Shown here: piece by piece, positions 51,142-64,000 of the stretch
How the letters are laid out: every line of letters starts with the position of its first letter
Position numbering within the stretch: the stretch's first letter is position 1
NCBI GenBank assembly: GCA_964016885.1
Contig: OZ024746.1
Location: forward strand, 40,176,001 to 40,240,000
Direction: 5' to 3'
Source: Eledone cirrhosa
Taxonomy: Eukaryota
Length of the DNA stretch: 64,000 nucleotides
Made by a program: the position numbers and the translations under genes
The notes under the pieces: generated by a model
What the model was told of the DNA's origin: nothing
Database searches by the model: none
What the model saw: the letters and a program-made list of their open reading frames with translations, nothing else

Positions 51142-52904
51142 CTGAAAGAAATATAATAAAATTAACATTTTTTTTCTTTTTTCAATCTTCATTAAAATAG
51201 CTGAAACAATTAGAAAAAATTATACAAAATAATCAGATCCTGTAAAATATAATTTTGTCTATTTCACTCACTAAAATTTGGTACCAGTCAACATTCCTGC
51301 TAAGCTTTTGTGCAGCCATGCAGTGATTGTATTGGTGCTTTTTACATCAAAAATTGCAGTTTAGTAGCTTTAAAATGTTGCCACACACATCAAAATGTTG
51401 CTGCTTAGAAGCTTTGAAAAGCTGCTGTGAAGCAGCTTTCAATTTCTTTTGCCCTAAGCATCAATCGTTCTGCTCAGTGGTTGGGGAAAATTAGAGGGAA
51501 TGTTAGTAGCAGTAAATTCATTTATTTATCTATTTATTTATATTCTAATAATTGTTTCTACTTTTGGTACAAGGCCAGCAATTACCCAGTTCATTACTGG
51601 TACTTTATTTTATCGACCCCGTAAGGATGAAAGGTAAAGTTAACCTCAACGGCATTTGAACTCAGACTGTAAAGGGACGTAAATATGCTAGAAAGCATGG
51701 CGTCCAACCCTCCACCGATACTGCCAAATAATGTTACAATAATATTGTGGCTGCCATCTTCTTGGTTAATTATTCACAACATTTCTCTGTATACTTTACT
51801 TGGGCAACCACCAGGTCTATGTATACTGGGGTTGTGTATACAGGAGCACCAGTGTATTGCTTTGCCCCACTGGGGGAGGGGACTATAATGCCGTTAAGAT
51901 GACCTTGAGTACTAGTTGATTAGAATAACAAGGTAATCTATAATGGGTATGGGAAGTATAATGGAAAAAGAACAAAAGATTTAAAATTAATTAAGCTGAG
52001 AAACAAGTAGATCTAGTTTAAAAAAATAAAAATAAATAGCATTTTCTTTAAACACTTTTTTTTTTTGCAGATTATGATAAGTATTGCTCCACATCTACAG
52101 ATAAATGATTGAAAGATATGATAATAATAGTTTCTGATTTAGGCACAAGGCCAACAATTTTAGGGGAGGCAAAAGTCAATTAAATCGACTCCAGAGCATT
52201 ACTGGTACATTATTTGATCGACCCTGTAAGGATGAAAGGTAAAGCTAACCTCAGTGGGATTTGAACTCAAAGTGTAAAGGGCCGTAACTATATGCTGTAA
52301 AACATGTTGTCCGACGACCTACCAATACACTACCAATAATAATAATAAAATACTGTAAAGCATTCAGTCCTATATAATCCTTGCAACCATAAATAGCAAA
52401 ATCTTTTAAGTGCTTAGGGACTCAAAAGGATTTAATACGGCCCCAGTCATAGTAAAGATATCAGAAAACATAAGAGAGTAGTACATTATTTTCAGTCAAT
52501 CTAGAGACATCCACAATAGGTAACTGGATTTTTTTTTATAGAATAAAATATTATCACACATGTGTACTACTATAAAAGACTGAATAAGTAATAAGTAGTG
52601 TTGAATTAGCTATAGAAAGAGAAAGAGAGGGGAAGTGTGTGAGAGAGAGGAAAAAATAAAGAGTTAGAGGTATGTGAGTGTGAGTATGTGTGGGGGAAAA
52701 ATAATTTACAATTTTATTATTATTATTATGTTTTGTCTTTCCTTTGATTGTGCAAGCTGCCTCAAAGTCTCAACTAGAAACAAGAGACATCAAACAGGTC
52801 AGTGTTAAGAGGTGGTACATCATGTAGTTGTAAGATTGATAAAATAATCCAGAAATTTCAGTTTACAACCTGTGTGTGTATATTTGTATGTATGATTTTT
52901 GTGT

Positions 52905-53845
52905 CTACATGGAGAGAAACTTGCACAAAACATGTGAAGTACCCATGAGAACGATGTTTTGGGACTCATTGATTTTAGGACAACCAGGATTTGGGGTTAT
53001 ATAATTGTTTGCACCCTTGGATATCATTCCTAGTGCCCCAATGACAAGTAATGTAATTATTTTGAGATGCCACATTCTGCTAATTTTTATTTCAAGATAA
53101 AATAAAGTACCAGTAATGCACTGGAGTCAATTTAATCAACTTTCCCCTCCTGCCAAAATCTTTGGTATTGTGTCTAAATCAGAAATCATTATCATTATTA
53201 TCATTTAAAAATTTTTTTTATTATTTTCACAGACTGTTGATGTTAACTACTGGCATTGTTCTTCTTACCATCAGGCTCCATTTCAGAGCTTAACATAATA
53301 AGAATTGCTTTCTGCTCTTCTAGGTTGTATCAATTACTTTTCTGATTATCCCGGTAGTGCCAAGTAGGCATGCTTTTTGCACAGGCTTTATACAAAGATC
53401 AAATCCAATTTTATGCAAATTTCTAGCAAATTATCTGTTACACATTCTAGTGCTCCTATAATTATTGGTACCAGTATTACAATATTTACTTCATCCTTCC
53501 ATACTGAGGTTATTGTAGTAGTTTTTCAACTCTTTTTCTTTATCCTTTATTCTCGTGTCAAATGGGCAGGTATGTCCACAATAAAACACTTCTATTCATT
53601 CTTGTTTATCAACATTATATCTGGTTTGTTGTGGTGAACTTTTGTATTGTAATATCCTGCAATACTTTCATCTCTTGTCACAAAGAGGTCATATCATTTT
53701 TCACCACAATTAAAATAAAACTCTTTACATAGTTGCCAATGTATTACTGCTGCTACTTTATCATATCTCGATTTTTTTGTATTCATTCTGAACCAGTTGC
53801 GAGCAATCTGAGACAATATGGCTTATTGTCTCATTCAGCTTGTAT
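52905..53845 (-). mobile_element. Fragments of a restriction-like-endonuclease (R2/R4/NeSL-type) non-LTR retrotransposon
   Basis: ETISHIVSDC...RYDKVAAVIHWQLC (CCHC region), HNKPDIML...FIVDI (PD..D), PIIIGAL; the C-terminus appears twice with a SINE piece between. Confidence 0.7.
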
Positions 53846-54146
53846 ACATATGCAGGTTTAACTCTTTTGTTAGCATATTTCTAATGAAAGACATTGGCTT
53901 TGATTTTTTTTTATAATTTAGAGAAGAATCAAGAATTTGGAGGGATTTAGTAAAATAACTAACTTCCTTTGAATATAACTTAAAGGTTCTTATATAAATT
54001 TATGAGGGATGTTTTTTAGATAAATATAAACTTGTAAAAATAAATAGTTTTATATCATAGGATCAGAGGGGGTTTCAGAGGGTTTGGTATCAAAATAGTT
54101 AACATGCTTTGTAAATGTAAATATTTATATCAAATACATCACGTAC

Positions 54147-54294
54147 CTCTCTAAAGTTAATTTTGCTATCTTGATCTTCGTCAACTTCTTTAATCATTTC
54201 TTTTAAAGCTAAATGTGTCTGTGGTGCACCTAGTTTCTCCATCATGACTTTTAATTCTCCAATATCAATAAACTTATCCTGATTGACATCATAT
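54147..54294 (-). CDS. EFHD2: EF-hand domain protein D (swiprosin-1/EFHD1-2-like), EF-hand exon
   Basis: ttacag|A TAT GAT...GAG|gtacgt on -; YDVNQDKFIDIGELKVMMEKLGAPQTHLALKEMIKEVDEDQDSKINFRE has two EF-hand loops and the diagnostic MEKLGAPQTHL motif. The upstream exon was not found in the window. Confidence 0.95.
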
Positions 54295-57078
54295 CTGTAA
54301 TAGAAAAAAATATTTATGACAAAATTAGTCTTCAATAGAATATAAGAAATATATGCTCTGTTGAATAAGAGAGAAAAACTGGGTGTAATAGAAATCAGAT
54401 ATAGTGTATAAAAAAGACGAGTGCACTGGTATGGACATGTGGTGTGTATGGATGATGAACACTGGGTGAAGAAGTTATCAGAAGATGCCAATGGAAAGAA
54501 GCTGCAGTAAAGGCAGACTGAGAAAAACCTGAACAGAACTGGTTAGAGCTGATCTTAAAATACCAAATTCTTTAGAGACGACAAGTGGAGGAAGGCTGTG
54601 CAGGAAAAAAAATCTGTCCAACCCATGCAAGCATAGAAAAGCTGATATAAAATGATGATGATGATGATGATGATGCAAAACAAAAAATTAATAATGTTTG
54701 AATGCATTACCTTAATACAAGTGAGTTTTATGGCATAAAATATGATGTATATGAACAAAATTCAAACCAGAACAAAATTAACAAATTTTAGTTAATAAAG
54801 AAATAAAGAAAACATGCAAGGTATGTCAGAATGCCACAAGGAGATGAAATATTTATATTCCAGATATGTTTTTCCCTCAGACCACATCATTTTGTTTTTG
54901 ACTAAATTGACTCTTGTTGACATGAGTCACCATTAGTCTTCTCAAATTCTAGTGATTATATTTCATCACTAATAAATAGTATGAAATATTTGTTTCATCA
55001 TGTTAATCATCACCACAATGTCTATAGATTATCCACAAGGACTAGTACTATGAGCTTAAAACTCATAAATGTGGTGAGATAATGGAGAATGCATGCTGGT
55101 CGAGAGGTTTCATTTAGTCTTTCAGTTGACAAGTTCAACTCTGTTCCAAGTCCAGTGCCTATCCCAGTCTCACTGGTGTTAAGTATTGAAACTTCCTTCA
55201 AAACAGGAGCAACATGAATGAAGCGTTTTGATCCAAGTATCAAACCAACAATACTCTGATTGTTCAGTAGCCAAGACAACCTCTTTAACATAAGTGTCAT
55301 GGTAAAATGTACACTCTACACTCTATATAGTAGTCAACAAACAAACTGACAGTGTAGAGTAGATATGACCTATTAGTCTTGTTGAGGATTTAGCAACCTC
55401 TCTCATGTTGGTGTCATGATAAAATGCACCCACTACACTTTATAAAGTGGTTGGCATTAGGAAAAGCATCCAACAACAGAAACCATGCCAATATATGGAA
55501 TGTGGAGATGTTGTTCTCTGATATATCTAATCTTGGACTATGGTGACCCATCCAACCCATGCCAGCATGGAAAGTAAACGTAAAATGATAATGATGATGG
55601 GTTTCATAGTGATGTCTCTTTTCTGGTTATTTCTTCTTCTTGGATGTTTTGTTGACATGTTTTGATCAGTATGATATGTATTTGTATTCGGGTGATATTT
55701 CTGAGCAAGGCAAAGAATTGAACCAGGAACTTTTATTTTATCAACTCAGTCTGATGTTTTAACCACTGAGTTGTTGTCCTGAAGAACTAATTTATTATTT
55801 TAAGGTACTTTATCACTGGACTAATCTATTCTGTCTCTATGTCTTGCCTGTGCTGATAATTGTCTATATATTATTTTTATGAGATGAATTTCATAGTAAT
55901 ATCATCATTATCATTATTATCATTTAACATTCATTTTCCATTATAGCAAGAGTTAAACAAGTCTTCACAGATTGAGTCAGTATAAAAGTAGAACTATTGA
56001 TCTCCGAGATGAACTGGAGGGCTGCATCTCACTTACATACAATCCCAAGCACAATCAAATGCATTTTAATGTGGCACCAACACTAGGGAGGTTCTTATGT
56101 CTTTGACACAGCTGAAGAGAGTCTGTCCAATCCTTTGGAAGGTTTTCTATGGCTGGATGCCCTTCTTATCACCAATCACTTTACAGTGATTAAATCCCGT
56201 TAGTAAAATGTAGGTTCTAGGTTCAATGGAATATTACTTGAAGACAATTGGAGATTGTATCGATCAAAACATTGCGTCAACAACACAGCCAAGATGGGGA
56301 AATAGTAAAGAAAAATAAATCATTATTTATTTACATATTGTGACAGCTACTTTCCCTAAAAACATATTGATGAATCTTAAGACTACAACCAGCAATAAAA
56401 ATAATGCATCATCTTCCAGCCAATAATTTGATTAAATAAAAGTGTTAAAAATATTAATCTATATATGTACTATGTGTGTGTTGTATTTTATTCTCTGTGT
56501 ACAACTATTGCTTGAAACATTCATCACATATATTAATTATTAAATTACCTTAAATAACATTACCAACATATATTTTAATTTGTACCAATTTATATCAAGC
56601 AATTAATATATTTTCTAGACTGCAATATGATCAACGAGATATTTTAGTAGACTTCTATTTAAAACTTATTACCTTGGGAGAAATGCTTGAAGACTTGGCA
56701 TGAAGTATTATTTTAGATTTAACTTTAACCCATTTATTCACTTCTGTAGGCCTTGAGTAAAAATACTCCACAGTACACACCGTGAAGTGGTTAGCATTAG
56801 GAAGGGCTCCAGCCGTAGAAACCATGCCAGAATGGAACATATAAGCAAGACACAGACGACTGATTTGCCTGTCTAGCCTCAAAATGTGACAATCTTTCTA
56901 ATGCAAGTGTGGAAATAGACATAAAATGGTGATGATGATTTAATTCTAAACATCACTTTTTAATCTACCTATTCAGACTGTTTGGAAATGTATTCTAGGA
57001 ATGAATTGACATCTTGTTCAGAAGATTTATCCCTCTCATCTACTTAATTCACTAAATACAGACCTAGACAGTAGCCTT

Positions 57079-57564
57079 TTAACCTTTTCATTCCCAAACT
57101 GCCTGAAACTGACCCTAGTTCTATGATACAATACTTTTCATTATAAAAGTGTTAATATTTATCTAAAAACTTTCCACCATAATTTTATATAAGAACTTTT
57201 GTTAAGTTAAGTTCCATTAACCAGCTTAATAATGATTTCTAATTTAGGCACAAATCCAACAATTTATGGGGAGCAGAAAGTCAATTATATCTATCCCAGT
57301 ATTTGACTGGTACTGTATTTTATTGACCTCAGAAAGATGAAAAACAAAGTTGATCTCAACAGGATTTGAACTCAATATAAAGAGCCAGAACTGCTAAGCA
57401 TTAGTCCGATACTTTAACGATTCTACCAATTCTCCACCCTACACCAGCTTAATAACGAGAAGTTAGTTATATTCTAAATCTCTCTAAATTCTTGATTATT
57501 TTCTAAATTATTTCAAAATCATAAGCAGTGTCTTCCATTAGGAATATAGTAATGAAAAGGTTAA
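57079..57564. mobile_element. piggyBac-type MITE family 2 with nested SINE-A
   Basis: TTAA|CCTTTTCATT...AATGAAAAGG|TTAA; related copies at 53858-54102, about 23730-23920, about 27810-28220 and about 22600-22820. Confidence 0.75.
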
Positions 57565-58732
57565 AAATCCTTTATGTCCATTAACTGTACTTTATCAAGA
57601 AACATTTCATTACTATGTTGCCAATGCAAACAAAGTTATTGTTTTATGTCTGTTCATTTTTCAATACTTTCACAGATTGTTGAAGCCCAGAGCTTATCCC
57701 AGTTTCATGGGTGTTAAATGACGGAGTACAAAACTCCACTAGGGATGGGATGCCAGTCTTTTATAGGGCTAACCCCAAGGTACTGCTGATGCTATTAATG
57801 CTGTTGTTACTTATTTAGCAGGTGGCTTACAGAAAATAACAGACACATTTTGCTAAGTGATGTATTCAGTGTTAAAAGTGTTAAAGAAATAACATTTTCA
57901 CTGAAGTTAAAGTGGTATAGAAGTTTTCTGTGAACTTCTACTTTTGTTGGAAATAAAACGATTGTCTCTCAAAGTAAAGAGCCGGTTGTAGGAAGTATGT
58001 GTTAGAAATATGATGCTATATATTGTACAATGCAGAGAAGCTAAAATGACAGCAAAGAAACGTGGAGAATATGAACCTGTTGATGTATAAATGATAAGTT
58101 AATAAGAAGAACTAAGCAGAAATAAGCTGGTAAAGAGGAAAACATGTTTAAACAGTGAGAGAACGGGAAAGGGAGAAGGAACAAGAGACTCTACACTCCA
58201 GTCTAGGTGGTATATCTCAGCTGCACCCCACTGACTGTGCAATAGAAAAATAATAACTAGATGCATGCAAGAGAGACAGATCCCAACACTAGCATGATCA
58301 TATGATGTTTGTTGAGTAGGTAGTTAAAGGTTTCTATATTAGAAGCACAGCAAGGTCAATTTGAAAAGAAGCAGTGGAGGCAGCTATGAGAGCTGTGACA
58401 CTCACACAAAGGGATGATACAGAATTTATGTGTAGAAGGATGCTTCATTGCACATTCACCCATCCAGTGCCAACATATAAAAATATTTATAAAACTAACA
58501 ATCAATCAAATGGTCGATAATGATGATAATGTTCATATGAAAAGGCTTAATTATGTTTAGAGAGCTTATTATTTTTTTTCTATTATTGAATGAACCAATA
58601 CAATTCCCTATTATTACAGTATCTAATATATAGAGGTAATTTCTATACAATTGGCATCCTGGCTCAAAGCCATTTAACTTATTTGACCTGACAGAAGCAA
58701 TTAGACCTATTAATTTCTCATATGCTCCCTTA

Positions 58733-58768
<36 letters not shown>

Positions 58769-58862
58769 CAGGTTGTGGCCTCCTGGCCTGAATTCTCTTA
58801 TAACCCAACAACAACTCATCTAACCAATGCAAGCATGGAAAATGAACATTAAACGATGATTA

Positions 58863-59205
58863 TATCATCATCATCATCATTTCATTTTACGTCCGCTTTT
58901 CCCTGCTTGCAAGGGTGGGACGGAAACTGATGCTGGCTTGATTTCTACAGCCGGATGCCCTTCCTAACACCAACCTCATTTACAGTGAGTGCTGGGTGCT
59001 TTTTTGCCGTGGCACCTCCACGACCACTTTGCAGTGGAATGATAGGGACCCCAGTCCCTATCATCTCATTTCTACAGCTGAGTAAACTGGAGCAATGTGA
59101 AATAAAGTGTCTTGCTCAAGGAAACAACACATCACCCGGTCTGAGAATTGAACTCACAACCTTTCGATTGCAAGGCCAATGCTCTAACCACTAAGCCATG
59201 TGCCT

Positions 59206-59207
<2 letters not shown>
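58863..59207 (-). mobile_element. SINE family B (young; tRNA-like head plus RTE-type tail)
   Basis: Near-identical copies at 34031-34428 and 60669-61003 (-) and a partial at 37432-37675 (+); head TGGCTTAGTGGTTAGAGC...GAGTTCAATTC; tail shared with the RTE LINE 3' end. Confidence 0.85.
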
Positions 59208-59241
<34 letters not shown>

Positions 59242-62200
59242 AACTTTGCAAGTAGGGAAAAGCGGACGTAAAATGATTATATATATATATATATATTATA
59301 TAGATATATTATAAAGAGTCAGAACCCAATGGCTAAGCTATTGAAACAGCAAGAGCTCAGACGTCTGATCGCGACTCTTTATAATATAACCATACTCTAC
59401 TACCCCAAGTATCGAGTACTCTGTTGATTAATGGTCTAACCAGTTTTGAACTGATTCCATCCAGATTTGTGTGTGAATGTGTGTGTGTGCATGCGTGCTC
59501 CAGTTGGGAAAACACAAAAGTAAATTAATCACAGTATTAACAATACTGTATGTAAATCAATGCAATGTTTGTAATTATTACAGTACATGCATATAAATGT
59601 ATAAAAATCTTTCATATTTAATATTTAACATTCACCGTAAATGGAAAATAAATTCTAGAAAAATAACATTGATAGAAATCCAAAATATTGTTAAAAACAG
59701 ATGCATTTAAAAGAAAACAACAAAAATTCAAATAATTAATTCTATAGAAATTTGGTTAAATATTCCATTTTTATAAACTTAATTGATTCCACCACTCCTC
59801 AAAATATGACTTTATAATGTGCTCTTCTAAAAGTTTTTCTCAAAGATACCCGGATTTATAGCATTGAAAGAATTTTATCATTAAAACAGGAATTTAAAAC
59901 ATTTTAATTTTAATAAAATACATGGAAAAATAATTAGGTTAATGATATGAATATTATTTACGACGATAAAAATAAAATTTCTGAATGAGTGAACAGCTTA
60001 AAAACCATTACTGTTATGACATTAACATATATATATATATAAGACATCTATCTGGAGCCTGTCTCTATCATCATTAGACATGACAAATTTAAGATAATTT
60101 AAGAAAACTGGCATTCGTGTCTATTGACACACCCATAATCTGTACTCTACAAGCAGATGCCATCAACAAGAGATAATCCAGAGGGTAGATTACATCCAGG
60201 CTTACATAAAACAATAAGGATACTATTCAGAATTTAAAGTGACTGATGAGACGAATGCTTGTTTTCAGGGTAGATCCCAAACAAGATGGCTGGATAACAT
60301 CCACGAGCTCAGCTGTTCTCACTTGGGGATCCAGCTGGATCAATTGGAGACATGACATGACATGACATGACTCACTGGAAAGAGTGTTTGTGGACCTACT
60401 CCCCACCACCAATAATAAGTGGGCGAAGAAAAAGAAATTTAAGAAGTCATAAAATATAAGGTAAAAACATCAAATTTTCTCCATATTCAGAGCATAGCAG
60501 TTTTCTTCCTGGCTCAAGATAAAACAACTTAATTTTATCATGTGCTCTCAAATGGCAGCTCAATAATTGTGGTTAATTATGGAATATTATAACATATTAC
60601 AATTTATTATGATTTCTAATTTGGACACAAGGCCAACAATTTGTGAGAGAGGGAAGTCGATTACATCAATCATCATCATCATTTCATTTTACGTCCGCTT
60701 TTTCCCTGCTTGCAAGGGTGGGACGGAAACTGATGCTGGCTTGATTTCTACAGATGGATGCCCTTCCTAACACCAACCTCATTTACAGTGAGTGATGGGT
60801 GCTTTTTTGCCGTGGCACCTCCACGACCACTTTGCAGTGCAATGATAGGGACCCCAGTCCCTATCATCTCATTTCTACAGCTGAGTAAACTGGAGCAATG
60901 TGAAATAAAGTGTCTTGCTCAAGGAAACAACACATCACCCGGTCTGAGAATTGAATTCACAACCTTTCGATTGCAAGGCCAATGCTCTAACCACTAAGCC
61001 ATGTACCAATATATAACTGGTACTTATTTTATCAACCCTGGCAGGATGAAAGGCAGAGTTGACATCAGCAGGATTTGAACTCAGAACATAAAGGACCCTA
61101 ACTAAATGCTGCAAAAGCATTTTTCCAATGCTCTAATGATTCTGCCAATCCACCACCTTTATAATTAATTATAATAAATATTTTCATACCACAATTCAAA
61201 ATAACATTATTGATAATAGACAGCCAATTAATTGGTATTGGTTGATAAGGCAAGGCCAAATTCCACTCACATGGCATTGATAAAACCAAGGCTGTAGTAG
61301 AAAACACTTGCCCAAAGTGGTGCACAGTGGGACTGAACCCCAAGCCATGTGGTTGCAAAAGAAATGTCTGCGCTTATATGATCTCTTTAAACTTTTGAAT
61401 TTAAAAAAAATGTTTAATTGTAGATAGATATTAGAGTGTGTAATTTTTACATAGAAAGTCATAGCATGAATTCAGATCACAACACCATCTCATTCTTAGA
61501 TATAAATGTAAGAATAAGGCACAACTCATTTAGCAGCTCACTATACACGAAAATAGATATTCATGTGTGTGCAATTTATATATAGGGAGCATAGATGATT
61601 TTTTTTCTTTTAATTTTTTTTATTTATTAGTTGTTTTTGTTTCCTTTGCATATACAGCATGTGGTTTGGATTTGTACAAGGAATTAGAATTAGTATCCCA
61701 GATATGATATAGATAGTGAAGGAAACTGAAGATGTACTTTGCCAACTTCAATGAGCCTGCTCGAAATACAGCATAAGTGAGGAAACACTGCACAAGAGAA
61801 AGTAGTCCACCAGTAAAAATAGGACTAACAGCACACTAATTTGACACAGTAGTTCATATAAATAAAGCAAGGTTCCTTATACCATAGATAGTAATAAAGT
61901 ACAAGAAAATGTGTACTTTTCTTTTATTCTTTTATTGGTTTTGTTCATTTGATCATTTGACTGTGGTCATACTGGGGCACTGTCTTGATTTAGCCGATCA
62001 CATCAAATCCAGTACTTATTTTTTCAAGTCTGGATTTCTTTGATCCCTTTTTAGTCAAACCACTTAATTACAGGATATAAACACAAACATAGACATGGGC
62101 ACACACACATGTGTGTTAAATGATGATGATGATGGTGATGATTGGCTTCTGGAGTTTCTATCAACCTATTTACATTCACAAGGCATTGGCAAACCTGAGG

Positions 62201-62449
62201 CTATAGAAAAAGAAATTTGCCCACAGTGGGACTGAACTGAGACCAATGTGGCTGCATAGTAAGCTCCTTAACTACACAGCTATACCTGCTGCTTACATGC
62301 CTTTATAAGTGACCACTATGGATATATATTTAGCATGCTTAATGACTGAAAGAGCTTTTCAACATGCTTGCTTTCCACTTTGAAAAGTTTTAATAATGTA
62401 TATATTCCAAATTGTTATATTCCCCCATCAACACCTATATATATATATG

Positions 62450-63116
62450 AACTAAGTGAGAAATTAGGAATAAGAGGGATTAGATGCTGTTTACTCGAGA
62501 GAATATTACGTTGGTACGGTCACCTGATGCGCATGAAAGACAGCTGTATAAAAAAGTGCAGAGCGATCAAAATTGAGGGAAGTTACGGAGTAAGGTAGAC
62601 CCAGAAAAACCTGGGACACATGATAAAGTCCGACCTTGCACACTTGCACCTCTCTGAGACAATGTCAGTGGATCGAGATCTTTGGCAGCACACAGTATTA
62701 CAGAAGACCCGCCTTCCCTACGTGCAAAGTTAACCTACAGTTAGTGGGCCCCTCCAAACCAAACACACCCCAACCCACTACCCCACCCCATCCTCCCACT
62801 CCCACCAACACCACCCTTTCTCTATAAAGCTATGTTGATACCACAACATCCAGTCCAAACTAATGAGATCGTGTAGGTATCACGACAAAAAACAGTCCAC
62901 GCTGTAATGTGGCCATGTAGGTGACACGGTAAAAAGTTCCTGGTCCACACTGTAAATGTTGTTGGCGTTAGGAAAGGCATCCAGCTGTAGAAAACCTGCC
63001 AGATAGTCCTATATGAGCGAGACATGGTCACCCGACTAATCTTGCCTCAAGTGGGACAACTCCCGTCTAAACCCATGCTAGTGTGGAAGATAGACGTTAA
63101 ATGATGATGATGATGA
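62450..63116 (+). mobile_element. Diverged 3' fragment of the same RTE-like LINE family
   Basis: ELSEKLGIRGIRCCLLERILRWYGHLMRMKD matches the 4947-5699 ORF; one repeat unit; (ATG)n tail. Confidence 0.85.
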
Positions 63117-64000
63117 TATATATATATATTACCTGTTTGTTGTCTCCTTGAACTATTATATATATATATATATATTATTTCAGCAATAATAATATATCAA
63201 GTCTACCTTTGTTCTGGTTACCACCGAACATCACTTCATGACACATTATATTTTTATCCATGTCCATTTTTGCAATTCTTTATTTATGTTCAAATATTGA
63301 AGTCATGACACATATGCAGCAATTAGCATCTAATATTAAACTACTTCTTTAGCACATATGTGCTCTTCCTTGTTTATATAATATATGATACACTCAAATA
63401 ACTTATTCATGTCAAGTATCTGTACAGTTTTCAAGTTACATTACCACATTTAGGCATCATCATTATCATCATCATCATGATGGTTAAATGCTTGCTTTCC
63501 CAGACTAGGCTGATACTCAAAGCAGCGGTACTGATCCCACTGTGGGACAGGAGCCTGCATCTCACACTCTTGCACCCTACTGAGAGCTTAGACAGGCTGA
63601 AACTCACTCACATACGACCCCACAACTGAGTGCATTTTATTGTGACACCAGCACAAGGGAGGTTGTCATGTCTTTGACACAGCTGAAGAGACTTCAGTTT
63701 GTCAGGTTTTCTATGGCTGGATACCTTTCCTATCACGAACCACTTTAAAAAGTGTACAGAGTGTGTTTATCCTGTAGCTCACCAACACTAGAGAAGTTGT
63801 CATGCCCTTGACACCACTGGAGAGATCTCTCGACCCTTTTTGGCATGACTACAGCAAGATGTATATTCTGTTAACCATCTTACAAGGTGTACAGGGTGCA
63901 TTTTTCATGGCACTAACTCTATGGAGGTTGTCAGTCACTTACTTAACAGAAGAACCCTTATGAAACTAAATGTTTTTCCAGCAGGTGAAAATGGATTCTT

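Noticed and set aside
55022-55300. 92-aa minus-strand ORF as the missing EFHD first exon
   Set aside because: No EFHD N-terminal motif (PYTEF) and no suitable phase-2 donor.
58955-59194. Repeated 79-aa ORF (also at 34128 and 60758)
   Set aside because: Antisense reading of non-coding SINE-B copies; the identity reflects recent transposition.
60243-60275. CTGATGAG hammerhead core
   Set aside because: No stem II followed by GAAA; it lies in a degenerate LINE 3' fragment.
63133-63152. Possible 20-nt EFHD micro-exon on - (ag|TTCAAGGAGACAACAAACAG|gtaata, phase 2)
   Set aside because: Flanked by (TA)n with no polypyrimidine tract, and the peptide FKETTN does not match the expected FSRKQIK...MFK segment; probably chance.

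Overview
This is eukaryotic, AT-rich, repeat-dense animal genomic DNA, not prokaryotic. The repeat repertoire (RTE-type LINE tails ending in (CAT)n, tRNA-derived SINEs, TTAA MITEs, long (TA)n) suggests an octopod cephalopod; that assignment is inference. Two spliced genes can be reconstructed by hand with GT-AG boundaries and consistent phases. (1) An AP-5 complex mu subunit gene (AP5M1/MUDENG-like) on +, 12 coding exons from 626 to the stop at 19925, with its 5' end upstream of the window. (2) An EF-hand/coiled-coil swiprosin-1 (EFHD1/2-like) gene on -, 3 exons from 54294 to the stop at 46617, with its first exon not found. The rest is LINE fragments (RTE-like with a PHD-like finger, CR1/Jockey-like, RLE-type), three SINE families, piggyBac-, hAT- and Tc1-like MITEs, and microsatellites. 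Almost all short ORFs in the supplied track are spurious. The main observations are: a SINE-derived 38-bp hairpin with A-C mismatches just after the AP5M1 stop; a LINE 3'UTR that may supply the branch point of AP5M1 exon 7; a LINE 3'UTR with a variable-number 112-bp repeat; recurrent fold-back duplications anchored at (TA)n tracts; and an unidentified exon-like segment near 29650-29888. No new multi-gene system was found.
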